DNA from: Bacteroidia bacterium
GTDB lineage: Bacteria; Bacteroidota; Bacteroidia; Bacteroidales; VadinHA17
Length of the DNA stretch: 64,000 bases
Assembly (NCBI GenBank): GCA_026391215.1
Contig: JAPLDX010000090.1
Coordinates: forward strand, 1 to 64,000
Reading direction: 5' to 3'
Below the pieces are notes generated by a model. That model did no database searches, had not been told where the DNA came from, and saw only the letters and a program-made list of their open reading frames with translations. The position numbers and the translations under genes are program-made. This document shows positions 49,197-58,921 of the stretch, one piece after another; within the stretch, counting starts at the first letter, position 1; each line of letters opens with the position of its first letter.

Positions 49197-51709
49197 TCTA
49201 TAATAAAGTCTTTGACAGTAATCTCACCAAAGGTTACATCGAGGAAAGGCTTGCCATTTTTCATTCCGGCATTTCCAAAACCTGTGGCTGTTGAAATAAA
49301 TGAAGTATAATCACCTGTTCCCGAATTTAAATACATTACCTGATCGACTGCATCGTACCTGATCCCTGAAAGAGCCTGGAGCATTGCATAGCTCGATAGC
49401 GCTCTTGCATACCAGTTACCGCATTCGTACTCATTGAAAGGATTCCGGATCCTTCCGTCATACCTGTCGCGGGCTATCCTTACTATTTCCAGTCCTTTTT
49501 CCGATTCGCCCATCATCATAAGATGAGAGGCTACCTGGTACTCAATACCTGTCCACACTTCATCACTGTAAACGAAGGGAAGTGACAACTTTCCTCCCTT
49601 TGGCCAACTGCAAAGCAACAGTCCTCCCTCATTCCCAAGTGCATATGAAGGGCGCTGAGGATTTGAATGATCTGAAAGATCCCTGCGTAAATTATATTTA
49701 TATACTGATTTCAGGTGACTTGCCACTTTAAAGGAATCGACAACATCACTAAGGCCGCATACCTCCCCTATCCATGCACCCAGGATACCATCAGAAAGAC
49801 ATCCTGTGCCATACTGATATTTTGGACCTTCCTTCTGAAGTAGTGCCCTGGCTTCTTCTGAATAATCCGACGACCATGATCCTTCAGAAGCTTTTACAGG
49901 ATCCGGAGAACTTAGTCCCTCCCATTTTATCTTCTGTATGAAATATTCACCATCAAACAGTTCCGATTCTAACGTCTTCCTCCCTTTTGAATAAAGTAAT
50001 TCATATTTTGAAACATCAGCACCAAGGTATTTGCCCATTTCCGCTATAGCTTTCAGGGCTCCCAGGTAGAAGCTTGTACACATCCCATCCGGTCCCCAGA
50101 ATTCTATGTCGTAAGTGTTATGGTGTGGTTCTTCCAGTGTTCCGGTAGAACGGGGATCCCATGTCTTAATGCAATAATCCATGCTTTCTACCACTTTTGG
50201 ATACAGCTTTTTAAGCCATTCGGCATTGCCGCTGATATGCCAGTCGCGGTATACTTTCATGATCCCTCCCAGCTGACCATCTGATGCAGCATAAAAAGTA
50301 GTTGCGACAGGACGGATCGGCAAAGCTGATCTGAATGTCTGATGTCCTTCCATATCCTGGCTCGGGAGAAATTCCGTCTCACGCAGGGTTCTCTCAAGTG
50401 AAGGGAAAAGATGAGGGATTGCCTGGGCATAATTCCATACATGGGTGCAGGAGCCGGCACAACAGCCTGAATTATCACCGCATCCCTCCCAGTTCCATAA
50501 TTTTCCGTCACGCTGACGAAGAATCGTCGGTGATTTTAAAATTGTAAGGTTAGCAGCTACTGCTTCAATCACTTCAGGAGGATGGGTTGTATTGTAAAAT
50601 GCATTGCAGAACAATTCGGATTTCCCCAGAAGATCACTGTAATTTGTTTTCCAGTAATCTGCAACTTCATTTATCCCGGGAAATTTCGCTGAATACCATG
50701 GTTTATAATAGGGATCCTTGCAGGTACAATCAGTGTCGGTGCACTCCTCATCATCGGGCTCCTTTGAATCCTGGCCGTACTTCATATTAGTGTTTGGTAC
50801 ATACCAGGCCATCATGATCCTTATTACTTTTGACTCTCCCGGATTTAATGATAATGGCACATAAAGTGATGCACCCGGCGCATCATCCTCAACAGGCGAT
50901 GTGTTCCTGGTTTCTCCTCTCAGAATTGTATTCCACGTCATGGTCATCGGGTCCCACCATCCTCCCCTGAACCAGCAATGGTCCACAATAGCTTCAGGCT
51001 CTGTGGTATATATTGCAAAATCGCCCTGCTTCTCCGGATTTTCCTTGTTCCCCTCCTCAGACAGGATGAATCCTCCTGCAATGGGTTTTACTGAAGCTTT
51101 CCCGCCGGATTGGCTCATAAAATTTTTGGTATTGTAAGAAAATACACATTCCAGAACTGAACTGCCGGTGTTTTTAAATGAATATTCCAGTGCTCCCACT
51201 GGCAAGCTTGAATTATCGGCATCAGTAGGAATAAAAGGGCTCCATCCTTTTATCTGGACATTGAGCGGAATATCATTGTCATTCAGCTCAATGCCGGCAA
51301 ATGGGAATCTTGCATGGAATGTCGCATTTTTAAATCTTGGAAGTCCATAGGTTGCTCCTGCGGAACCGTTCCCCGAACCAGGTTGTCCAAAGCGCTTCCA
51401 GTCCGGGACCTGGCCTTCAAGGACTTTTGTACCGTTTTCAATTCCCTTGACCGAAATGGCTGCGAATATGCACGGCTCATTGAAAACCTCAGGCTTGTTT
51501 CTTACCGACATGTGAGAAATTGCACCGGTCCCTTCCAGACAAAACATTCCTGCTCCCAATCCTCCGATCGGGAAAGCTATCCTGTTGAGGTATTCTCCTG
51601 AATATGTTCCGTTATACTCATGTTTCGGATTATCGATTGTACCTTTTTTTTCAGCACAGGAGGTTAATAGCAATCCTCCGGATACTAATAGTACTAAGAT
51701 CTTATTCAT
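49193..51709 (-). CDS. GH116 glycoside hydrolase (non-lysosomal glucosylceramidase family), lipoprotein
   Basis: FPIGGLGAG, PFIPTD..NSSLP, WEGC...CAGSCTHVWNY, HHNTYD, EVWTGIEY, NEYECGNWYARA. Confidence 0.9.
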   Translation of the reverse strand: MNKILVLLVSGGLLLTSCAEKKGTIDNPKHEYNGTYSGEYLNRIAFPIGGLGAGMFCLEGTGAISHMSVRNKPEVFNEPCIFAAISVKGIENGTKVLEGQVPDWKRFGQPGSGNGSAGATYGLPRFKNATFHARFPFAGIELNDNDIPLNVQIKGWSPFIPTDADNSSLPVGALEYSFKNTGSSVLECVFSYNTKNFMSQSGGKASVKPIAGGFILSEEGNKENPEKQGDFAIYTTEPEAIVDHCWFRGGWWDPMTMTWNTILRGETRNTSPVEDDAPGASLYVPLSLNPGESKVIRIMMAWYVPNTNMKYGQDSKEPDDEECTDTDCTCKDPYYKPWYSAKFPGINEVADYWKTNYSDLLGKSELFCNAFYNTTHPPEVIEAVAANLTILKSPTILRQRDGKLWNWEGCGDNSGCCAGSCTHVWNYAQAIPHLFPSLERTLRETEFLPSQDMEGHQTFRSALPIRPVATTFYAASDGQLGGIMKVYRDWHISGNAEWLKKLYPKVVESMDYCIKTWDPRSTGTLEEPHHNTYDIEFWGPDGMCTSFYLGALKAIAEMGKYLGADVSKYELLYSKGRKTLESELFDGEYFIQKIKWEGLSSPDPVKASEGSWSSDYSEEARALLQKEGPKYQYGTGCLSDGILGAWIGEVCGLSDVVDSFKVASHLKSVYKYNLRRDLSDHSNPQRPSYALGNEGGLLLCSWPKGGKLSLPFVYSDEVWTGIEYQVASHLMMMGESEKGLEIVRIARDRYDGRIRNPFNEYECGNWYARALSSYAMLQALSGIRYDAVDQVMYLNSGTGDYTSFISTATGFGNAGMKNGKPFLDVTFGEITVKDFIID

Positions 51710-51729
51710 AAAAATATCATTAAATGGTA

Positions 51730-52626
51730 CTAGCTCTCCAATATTTTAACCAGTCTGTCACACAAGTCTTTAAGTCCCTCTGGAGTATCTCCTCCCGGCT
51801 GCTCAATTGTAGCCCATCCATTATACCCGATCCCGTCAAGGGCTTTCATGACTTTTGTCCAGTTCACATCACCTTCAGTCAATTTAACTTCAAAACCAGC
51901 AGATTTGCCCTGTTTGTCCGCAATCTTGCGACTATATTCCTTGATATGAACTTTGGCTATCCTTTTCTCCAGGATTTTGATCCACTGTTCTGGCCAACCA
52001 TAAGCAAGGATATTGCCACAGTCAAAATAAAAACCTACAAAAGGACTCCCGAACTGATCGACATAAGAAGCCGCTTCCATCGGACTTAGCAGGAAATTAT
52101 TCCAGACATTTTCCACTCCAATCTTTACATTGAGTTTTTCAGCAAGTGGTATAGCTTTCTTTAACTCATCTGACGATCTGTTCCAGCACTCATCATAGCT
52201 GACAGTGTCATTTACTCTTCCGGGTACAAGCAGAACCGTATCTGCTCCATAGACCTGTGAATCTTCAATTGCAACTTTCAGTGCCTCCACACCTTTTTCT
52301 CTCACTTGAGGATCCGGATCAGACAGAGGGAATTTCCAATGCATTTCGTCGCAAACACTGGGTATCGATAAACCTGTCGCATCACGCGCTTTAAGTACTT
52401 CGTTCCTGTCAAGATGACTCATTACTTCAATCCCGTCGAAACCGGCGGCTTTTGCAGACTGGAATTTTTCATAAATGGTTTTGCCAACACCATTGCTCCC
52501 CCACATTATTCCTTTTTTTATACTTCTCACGGGAGGAAGAAGTTTTCCTGAGAGACCATGAAAAGGCGCAATTGAAAACGCTGCAGAAGCCATCATGGTT
52601 CCTTTTGTGAATTGCCTTCTATTCAT
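51730..52626 (-). CDS. Xylose-isomerase-like TIM-barrel sugar isomerase/epimerase/lyase, Tat-exported
   Basis: MNRRQF Tat motif, GFDGIE, LLVPG, IGVENVWNNFLLSP, YFDCGN, VHIKE, GYNGWATIE. Confidence 0.85.
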   Translation of the reverse strand: MNRRQFTKGTMMASAAFSIAPFHGLSGKLLPPVRSIKKGIMWGSNGVGKTIYEKFQSAKAAGFDGIEVMSHLDRNEVLKARDATGLSIPSVCDEMHWKFPLSDPDPQVREKGVEALKVAIEDSQVYGADTVLLVPGRVNDTVSYDECWNRSSDELKKAIPLAEKLNVKIGVENVWNNFLLSPMEAASYVDQFGSPFVGFYFDCGNILAYGWPEQWIKILEKRIAKVHIKEYSRKIADKQGKSAGFEVKLTEGDVNWTKVMKALDGIGYNGWATIEQPGGDTPEGLKDLCDRLVKILES

Positions 52627-52653
52627 AAATAACTTATTTTGAGCATTATAATG

Positions 52654-54009
52654 TTAAACATTTGATTCTGTCCCGATTATCGGAATCACCTCCGGAATAC
52701 CAGGGACGGGGCCAAATGCATATGTTTTCGGACCGAGATACAGGTCTGAATTCATTACCTCCTCCCATGTCACGTCTTTTCCCGAATATGCTGACATACG
52801 TCCCATAATTGTAATAAGGGAGGAGTTCACCTGAGCTTCAGCATCGTTAACTACGTTGCCCGTACGGATCCCTGTTATCAGATTAATATGTTCCTGAACA
52901 TAAGGATCAGTTACCTTCCAGGTTTCATCAGCCGATCCCTCTTCTGGTGTTGGATATTTCCATATCTCCTCTCCTTTCAGGTTATATAATATCCCCTTTG
53001 CGTCAGCAAATCCATTGGTGCCCACTATAAACTGTTTTGTAAGATTACTGCAGCCGGTGATCTGTCGTGCAGCACAATGGGTATGCATGCCGTTGTCATA
53101 AATATATTCTATGCTGAAGAAGTCATACTGGTCACCAGTCACCCTTCTCTGGCGTCCGCCCCAGCCGATAGCCTTTACAGGGATCTTTCCAAGATACCAG
53201 TTCATCACATCAATTTCATGAATGAACTGCTCAACAATATGATCACCTGAAAGCCAGCAGAAATTCGCCCAGTTTCTGAGCATATACTCCATATCGGTCC
53301 ATCCGGGTTTTCGTTTTATAACCCAGAGTGAACCGCCATTGCGGATAATATGAGCGCTGACGATATCCCCTATTTCACCGTTCATTACTCTCCTCTTTGT
53401 TTCCATGAAATCTTTCTGAACCCTCCTGATCGTTCCGCTGACCAGGCATAATCCCTTTTCCTTTGCTCTTTCAATGGAAACCATCACTGAACGAGCCCCT
53501 ACAGGATCGACTGCACATGGTTTTTCAAGGAATATATGTTTGCCCGCTTCGACCGCTGCTGCAATATGGACAGGACGGAAATGAGGAGGTGTGCATAGAA
53601 GCACAACATCAACGCCTGAGTCAATTACTTTCTGATAGCTGTCAAATCCAGTGAAGCATTTTTCATCAGCTATTTCAATGTTCCTTTCCTTTTTAAGCTG
53701 CTCCCGGCATTGATCAAGTCTGTCCCTGAAAACATCTCCAAGGGCAGTTATCTGAAGGTTTGGACCTGCATCCACGAAGTTAACTGCAGCTCCCGTACCT
53801 CTACCTCCACATCCTACGAGCCCCGCTTTAAGGACTGGTCCGTCTGGAGCCTGTGTCAGAAGAGCAGGAAGCTTTTCTTCCTCTTTCTTTGGTTCTGTTC
53901 CTTTGCATGAACTGATGATTCCCATTGAGCCTAATGCAGCCGCAGCCATAGTAGTGTTCGAGATAAATTTTCTGCGGCCGATTTTCTTGTGTGAAGTCTC
54001 TTTTTTCAT
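52654..54009 (-). CDS. Gfo/Idh/MocA family oxidoreductase, Tat lipoprotein
   Basis: Start moved to ATG 54009 (MKKETSHKKIGRRKF..SSC); GLVGCGGRGTGA, TPPHFRP, EKP, SGDHIVEQFIHEID. Confidence 0.9.
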   Translation of the reverse strand: MKKETSHKKIGRRKFISNTTMAAAALGSMGIISSCKGTEPKKEEEKLPALLTQAPDGPVLKAGLVGCGGRGTGAAVNFVDAGPNLQITALGDVFRDRLDQCREQLKKERNIEIADEKCFTGFDSYQKVIDSGVDVVLLCTPPHFRPVHIAAAVEAGKHIFLEKPCAVDPVGARSVMVSIERAKEKGLCLVSGTIRRVQKDFMETKRRVMNGEIGDIVSAHIIRNGGSLWVIKRKPGWTDMEYMLRNWANFCWLSGDHIVEQFIHEIDVMNWYLGKIPVKAIGWGGRQRRVTGDQYDFFSIEYIYDNGMHTHCAARQITGCSNLTKQFIVGTNGFADAKGILYNLKGEEIWKYPTPEEGSADETWKVTDPYVQEHINLITGIRTGNVVNDAEAQVNSSLITIMGRMSAYSGKDVTWEEVMNSDLYLGPKTYAFGPVPGIPEVIPIIGTESNV

Positions 54010-54031
54010 AAAAGCTTTTTTAGCGTAATTA

Positions 54032-55222
54032 TTAATAAACTTCAAGTTCCCGCCATGAGGGCATAGCAGGATATTTAGCATGAGGTTCGGTCTGGTACCA
54101 GTAGCACACCGATGCAATGTCAGATTTCTGTGCCAGGTATCTTCCTCCCTGACGCCATCCAAGGTCCTGAATGGTAATTTTCAGGTCTTTATCAAATCTG
54201 ACAGGATCCATAATGTGCCAGCGGTACATTCCGAAGCGCTGCATCACGTTATAATGCCCGTCGCCCCTGATAACCTGGTGAAGACCTGTATAGGGAGTGC
54301 TGAACTCTGTATAATTGACTTCTTCGACACCTGCTGCATTTTTTAGTCTTGTGTCAAAATCATAGGAGCCGCAGAAATAATCTTCTGTGCCAGTGCCGCA
54401 AATTGTCGGGAATTTTGTATCGCCGTCCAAAAAGAATTTTATTTCTCCTTCACCCCACCAACCGTTGTTGTTCACCCCTAAAGCCAGATAGACACCTACA
54501 TACTGGCCTTTCCCCTTGATACCATCCGCGATAGTATAATCAGAGGTTGTATTTGGATTTGCCCTCCGGAACTGGGTATGGAAATATGCTGCGTCAGCCG
54601 GTACTTCAGTAAGTGTATAGTCTATCTGGTAGTAAAGGGTCATTCTGTCCTCATCTCCTGTATTTGTCATTGTAATTTTGCATTTCTTTCTGAACGGCAT
54701 TGCCCAGTAGCAGTTGAAAGCGCTTCCCGGATTGACACATATGGCCAGCGATGTAAGTGGAGCGTAACTTCCCCATCCCATTGCGAAAAAATCACCTACA
54801 GGACATTCAACTGAAGGTTCAGTTTCTCCATCCCAATAGATGCGGAGTATGTTATAACGCCATTTGCCAGCAGGGGTCATCCAGATATGCTGGATCGCTC
54901 CCGGGCCCTCAATATCTGCAAGTGTAAATGTTTCTCCGGGCATTATCCTGACATACGGATTCACTTTCCAGCCCTGTCCGAGATCGCGGGCTGCATTGTA
55001 TGCATTTGCCACATTGGGCTTATCCTTGTCGGCAACAGGATCAGCCATCCCTGCTTTGCCTTTCTCGCCGGTAAAGTTTTCAGGGCTTATGGACCGCGTT
55101 TTTGCATCGGATAACCTGTAGAGGTTACCCATGTTCATGTCGAGACCATTGAATTTGCTCTGCGCGAATGCAAATAATGGCAGAAAACAGAATACTGAAA
55201 TAACTACAAGAAGCCTTTTCAT
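54032..55222 (-). CDS. DUF2961 / GH172 family glycosidase
   Basis: RSISPENFTGEKG, GPGAIQHIWMT, YWDGE..PSVECPVGDFF, WWGEGEIKFF, GTGTEDYF, YRWHIMDPVRF. Start placed at ATG 55222. Confidence 0.9.
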   Translation of the reverse strand: MKRLLVVISVFCFLPLFAFAQSKFNGLDMNMGNLYRLSDAKTRSISPENFTGEKGKAGMADPVADKDKPNVANAYNAARDLGQGWKVNPYVRIMPGETFTLADIEGPGAIQHIWMTPAGKWRYNILRIYWDGETEPSVECPVGDFFAMGWGSYAPLTSLAICVNPGSAFNCYWAMPFRKKCKITMTNTGDEDRMTLYYQIDYTLTEVPADAAYFHTQFRRANPNTTSDYTIADGIKGKGQYVGVYLALGVNNNGWWGEGEIKFFLDGDTKFPTICGTGTEDYFCGSYDFDTRLKNAAGVEEVNYTEFSTPYTGLHQVIRGDGHYNVMQRFGMYRWHIMDPVRFDKDLKITIQDLGWRQGGRYLAQKSDIASVCYWYQTEPHAKYPAMPSWRELEVY

Positions 55223-55306
55223 ATTATTAAGTTTAGATTTAGTAATCATTACAATCTAAAATTAATAAATAGACAGGAATTGCAGGGTATATTTTGAATG
55301 AATCTG

Positions 55307-55341
55307 AAAAAAAACAGGGGCGCTGTATGCAACGCCCCTGC
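55307..55341 (-). terminator. Rho-independent terminator for the minus-strand OMP gene
   Basis: Minus strand: CAGGGGCG-ttgcataca-GCGCCCCTG followed by a T run. Confidence 0.75.
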
Positions 55342-55377
55342 TTTGTGCTATTTGAAGTTATTATCCAAATTTGGTTA

Positions 55378-55848
55378 TTACCAGATATACCTTATTGACA
55401 AAGCACCACCATCACCCCAGAAATGTGAATAGCCGATAAAATTGAATGCAGGCTTCCAGTCTAAGCTTATATTGATCGGGAGCTCCGTAAAATTGTATTC
55501 CAGTCCGAGGATCCCGTCAACACCAACCACAGTATATCCTGTCCCTGCAGTACCCCAACTGGTATTATCACCATTATAAAAACCTACGTGTGCCCCTATT
55601 CCATAATACCAGTTAAGCCTGTCAACATCGAAAGCGCGGTTATGTATTTCATATAATCCGGTTATTTCAAAACCGCTCCACCTGGTTGATCCTAAAAGTT
55701 CAACAGCAGTTTTGTCACCAAGAAAGTGCTTGAATGTAAGACCATTATACAAACCGCCTCTTAATCCGATACCATTTCTATAATCCTGAGCCCCGGCGAC
55801 AGCTGTAAACAATACAGCAATTGTAATTATAGCTAAAAACTTTTTCAT
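55378..55848 (-). CDS. Small outer-membrane beta-barrel protein
   Basis: Signal peptide, alternating strands, GLRGG, WYYGIGAH, SLDWKPAFN, terminal aromatic residue. Confidence 0.8.
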   Translation of the reverse strand: MKKFLAIITIAVLFTAVAGAQDYRNGIGLRGGLYNGLTFKHFLGDKTAVELLGSTRWSGFEITGLYEIHNRAFDVDRLNWYYGIGAHVGFYNGDNTSWGTAGTGYTVVGVDGILGLEYNFTELPINISLDWKPAFNFIGYSHFWGDGGALSIRYIW

Positions 55849-55991
55849 AGTAAATAATTATGATTAAGCCACAAAAATAACAAAATTTAAACAAACTAAA
55901 TTTTTTAAAACCTAATGAGAGATTTTTTGATCTGCTTTGTTGGGATTGTATAATGATTTTTTTTGTAAATTACTGTTAGAAATATTACTGA

Positions 55992-56507
55992 TTGAAGAGA
56001 CAATCTATAATTAAGAAAATCCCATTATTTCTGTCATTCCTGATATTCATGAATTATTCAGGCAATGCTCAATTCTCATTTAAATTGCAGACAGGGATCA
56101 GCTATATCGAGCACTTTTCAACAGGAATAACTTTCAGCTTTTCAGAGAGACATAACTTATCGCTGCTGTACGGTTCAAATTTCTTTATTAAGCCCAGGGA
56201 CTTTTCATGTCTCATGCTTCAGTACGATTTTCTGTTCAGTAAACTGGATTTTGCAGGAATAATCCCCGCAATCGGCATTAAGGGAGGATATTCAGTTTAT
56301 ACCAATAGCTATTACAAGTGGAACCTGTCTTCTTTTGTACCATTCACCGGACTCAGGTATAAGGCTGGTAATAAATTAGAAATCGATCTGGATATTGGAA
56401 CAGCAATATCCATTGAACATTCTGTAAAAAGGATTTCATACGGGGAAATAGGAATGTACAAAGAGTATCTGCCGGAGTTTAAACTAGGCTTAAAATATAA
56501 ACTTTGA
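55992..56507 (+). CDS. Hypothetical outer-membrane beta-barrel-like protein
   Basis: Signal peptide, amphipathic strands, C-terminal LGLKYKL. Confidence 0.6.
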   Translation: MKRQSIIKKIPLFLSFLIFMNYSGNAQFSFKLQTGISYIEHFSTGITFSFSERHNLSLLYGSNFFIKPRDFSCLMLQYDFLFSKLDFAGIIPAIGIKGGYSVYTNSYYKWNLSSFVPFTGLRYKAGNKLEIDLDIGTAISIEHSVKRISYGEIGMYKEYLPEFKLGLKYKL

Positions 56508-56514
56508 AAATAAT

Positions 56515-57363
56515 TTGAAAAGGATCCTGATACTAATATTGATAATTGAGATTGTTGCTTCTTTATCGTGCGACAGGGTGGAATATTATCCTGATAACCC
56601 GGTTGTTTTCGACAAAACCAATCTGTTAGCTCATAAAGGAGGCGGCGATTATGACGCAGGAAATACAATTGATGGCTGTATACTTGGATTTAATCTCTTC
56701 GACGGTATTGAATGCGATATTCAAACGAGCTCTGAGAACACATTATGGTTGAGCCATTCCCCGTATCTGCCATCATGCGGCTCTTTTGAAGAAGAATGTT
56801 TTGTCTTACTGGATGACCAGACGATAATTGAAATTGATTCATGCCTGGGAAGAGATATTAACTATACAAAGCTGGAGACAGTATTTCAGTATATGAGCAA
56901 TAATTATCCCGGTAAATTTATTTCTCTTGACACTAAAGCCTGGACACCATGCGGGATATCAGGCATCAATCTGATAAGAACTATGAATTTGATCGGCCAG
57001 GCAATAATTGATCTGACTTTAAAATATCATCTCGAAAACCGGGTAATGGTTGAATCAGAAAACGGGGATTTTCTTTACTATATAAAAATGAATGCAGATT
57101 ATATTGATACATACCTTACCTCTTTCGGGGATTTTGAACTTGGTGTTTCAAGGGCATTGGATGCCGGGTTCTCCGGCATTTCCTTTGCCTACAGGGTAAA
57201 GGAAGAAATAACAAATGAACAAATAGAACTTATCCACCGGAAAGGTCTTAAAATACAGCTTTGGACTGTCAATGATTCTACTGATATTGAAGAGGCTAAA
57301 GCAATGAATCCCGATTATATCCAAACAGACAATCTGGATTACATAACTGGCAACAACCGCTGA
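56515..57363 (+). CDS. Glycerophosphodiester phosphodiesterase family lipoprotein
   Basis: LAHKGG, GNT, GIECDIQ, LSH, LWTVND, IQTD. Confidence 0.85.
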   Translation: MKRILILILIIEIVASLSCDRVEYYPDNPVVFDKTNLLAHKGGGDYDAGNTIDGCILGFNLFDGIECDIQTSSENTLWLSHSPYLPSCGSFEEECFVLLDDQTIIEIDSCLGRDINYTKLETVFQYMSNNYPGKFISLDTKAWTPCGISGINLIRTMNLIGQAIIDLTLKYHLENRVMVESENGDFLYYIKMNADYIDTYLTSFGDFELGVSRALDAGFSGISFAYRVKEEITNEQIELIHRKGLKIQLWTVNDSTDIEEAKAMNPDYIQTDNLDYITGNNR

Positions 57364-57370
57364 AAAGATC

Positions 57371-57961
57371 TTACACTGTTGCCAGAACTTCTTTTCCAAA
57401 TGCCATACACTCAGGTCTTTTGAGGTTGTCATAGTCCTTCATCCCGGGGAATGACTGCATCTGTTTGCGGACATCCGGTTCCATCAGCCCGAATGTGATC
57501 CTTCCCAGGAAAACCTTTGATAGCACATTGCTTACTCCACAGATCCTGGCCAGGTGATTTTCAATGAATGCTGCTGTCTGTTCCGGTCCGACTGGCTGCA
57601 TCATATTGCCGCAGACAGCGAAATAGCCGCGGATTTTACTTTTAAGCATATCCTTGTTCTTCTCAAGATACTCATGCAGGAGCTGTGATGTTACCCCGGC
57701 CCGTATGGCTCCCCCTATCACAATATGTTCATATCCCGACAGATCGGGATTTTCCCGAACGTCGAATACATTAGCTATTCCATCCATCCCCTCGGAGATC
57801 CAGAGAGCCGCATCACGTGTTGAACCGCACCATGTTGCATACAATACAGCCCACTTTTTATCAGAAGGCATGGGATAATATTCAAGCGGAAAAGCTTTTT
57901 TGGGAATCAAAAGTGCACTCATACCCAATAATCCTGTTTTGAAAAAGATTCTTTTATTCAT
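57371..57961 (-). CDS. Exported flavodoxin-domain protein (HemG/Flavodoxin_5-like)
   Basis: VLYATWCGSTRDAA, IVIGGAI, FAVCG; start placed at ATG 57961 (MNKRIFFKTG, Tat-like). Confidence 0.75.
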   Translation of the reverse strand: MNKRIFFKTGLLGMSALLIPKKAFPLEYYPMPSDKKWAVLYATWCGSTRDAALWISEGMDGIANVFDVRENPDLSGYEHIVIGGAIRAGVTSQLLHEYLEKNKDMLKSKIRGYFAVCGNMMQPVGPEQTAAFIENHLARICGVSNVLSKVFLGRITFGLMEPDVRKQMQSFPGMKDYDNLKRPECMAFGKEVLATV

Positions 57962-58028
57962 TATAATAAAATAATGGTTTCTTATACAAATATAGCTACA
58001 GGAATGCAGACGGCAAAAAGAATGTTTT

Positions 58029-58790
58029 TTACTGATTGTCAATCAATTTCCTTAGTTCGGATGTTGTTATTGTGACAATATTCTTTATGTCAGCTGCGCC
58101 AAGTTCCTGTTTATAATTGGAAATATACTCCATACCAGAAGAATCTATTTTGCCGTTTTGCAGATTGAGCTTCATGACCCTGAACGGATCAGAGCAGAAA
58201 AGAAATATTTCATTTTCATTTTCCCAGCTTATATATACCGGCGTTATTTCAACAGGATACCTTGTTATTGATGTTTTAATGGAATAATCTTCAACCGTCA
58301 ATATTTTATTACTGCAGTAAGCTATCTGTGAGCCTGTTATCGCAAGTGTCGGGGAAGCCTCTTCATTTGAATACTTCAGAATTTTACCTGAATCAATATT
58401 ATACAGATATATTCCATTTATCGAATCAGGCAGATTAATATTCACTATGCCAATGGCAATATCAGAATTGTTCTTCTCAATACGTGTTTTGTACCTTACA
58501 GGCCAGCCATACACATCTCCAAGTCTGGCTGCCAGGACAGTTTTTTTGTTGATACTGTCTGTCTTAAAAAGTCCAAAAATCTGCCTGATCTCCTTTGTCT
58601 GCCCTCCGTCAGGAAACCGGCTGATACCTTTTGGATTGCGATATTCTCTTACCTGAGCAAGGTAATAGCATGAAGAGCCAACCATTACTCCTCCGGATGA
58701 TTTCTCAAAAGAATAGATCAGTTCCATGTGATAACATGAACTTAGTATTAACATAGTTATTATTGCCAGAATGCTGATCTTGATATTCAT
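58029..58790 (-). CDS. Hypothetical lipoprotein
   Basis: 253-aa ORF with lipobox LSSC; no recognised family. Confidence 0.65.
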   Translation of the reverse strand: MNIKISILAIITMLILSSCYHMELIYSFEKSSGGVMVGSSCYYLAQVREYRNPKGISRFPDGGQTKEIRQIFGLFKTDSINKKTVLAARLGDVYGWPVRYKTRIEKNNSDIAIGIVNINLPDSINGIYLYNIDSGKILKYSNEEASPTLAITGSQIAYCSNKILTVEDYSIKTSITRYPVEITPVYISWENENEIFLFCSDPFRVMKLNLQNGKIDSSGMEYISNYKQELGAADIKNIVTITTSELRKLIDNQ

Positions 58791-58921
58791 TTGCCAACCA
58801 CGTTTATCATCAGATTCTCCTTATTTTAACTGCTTAAATATAAATTTACTACATTGTTTTTAAATTTCTTTGTAAATTGATGTCAGTTTCAAAAATTAAA
58901 TATTTAATCAGGAGGCTAATC

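Noticed and set aside
52654-54162. 502-aa version of the oxidoreductase overlapping the GH172 gene
   Set aside because: The Tat signal begins at ATG 54009; the extension is an incidental open frame.
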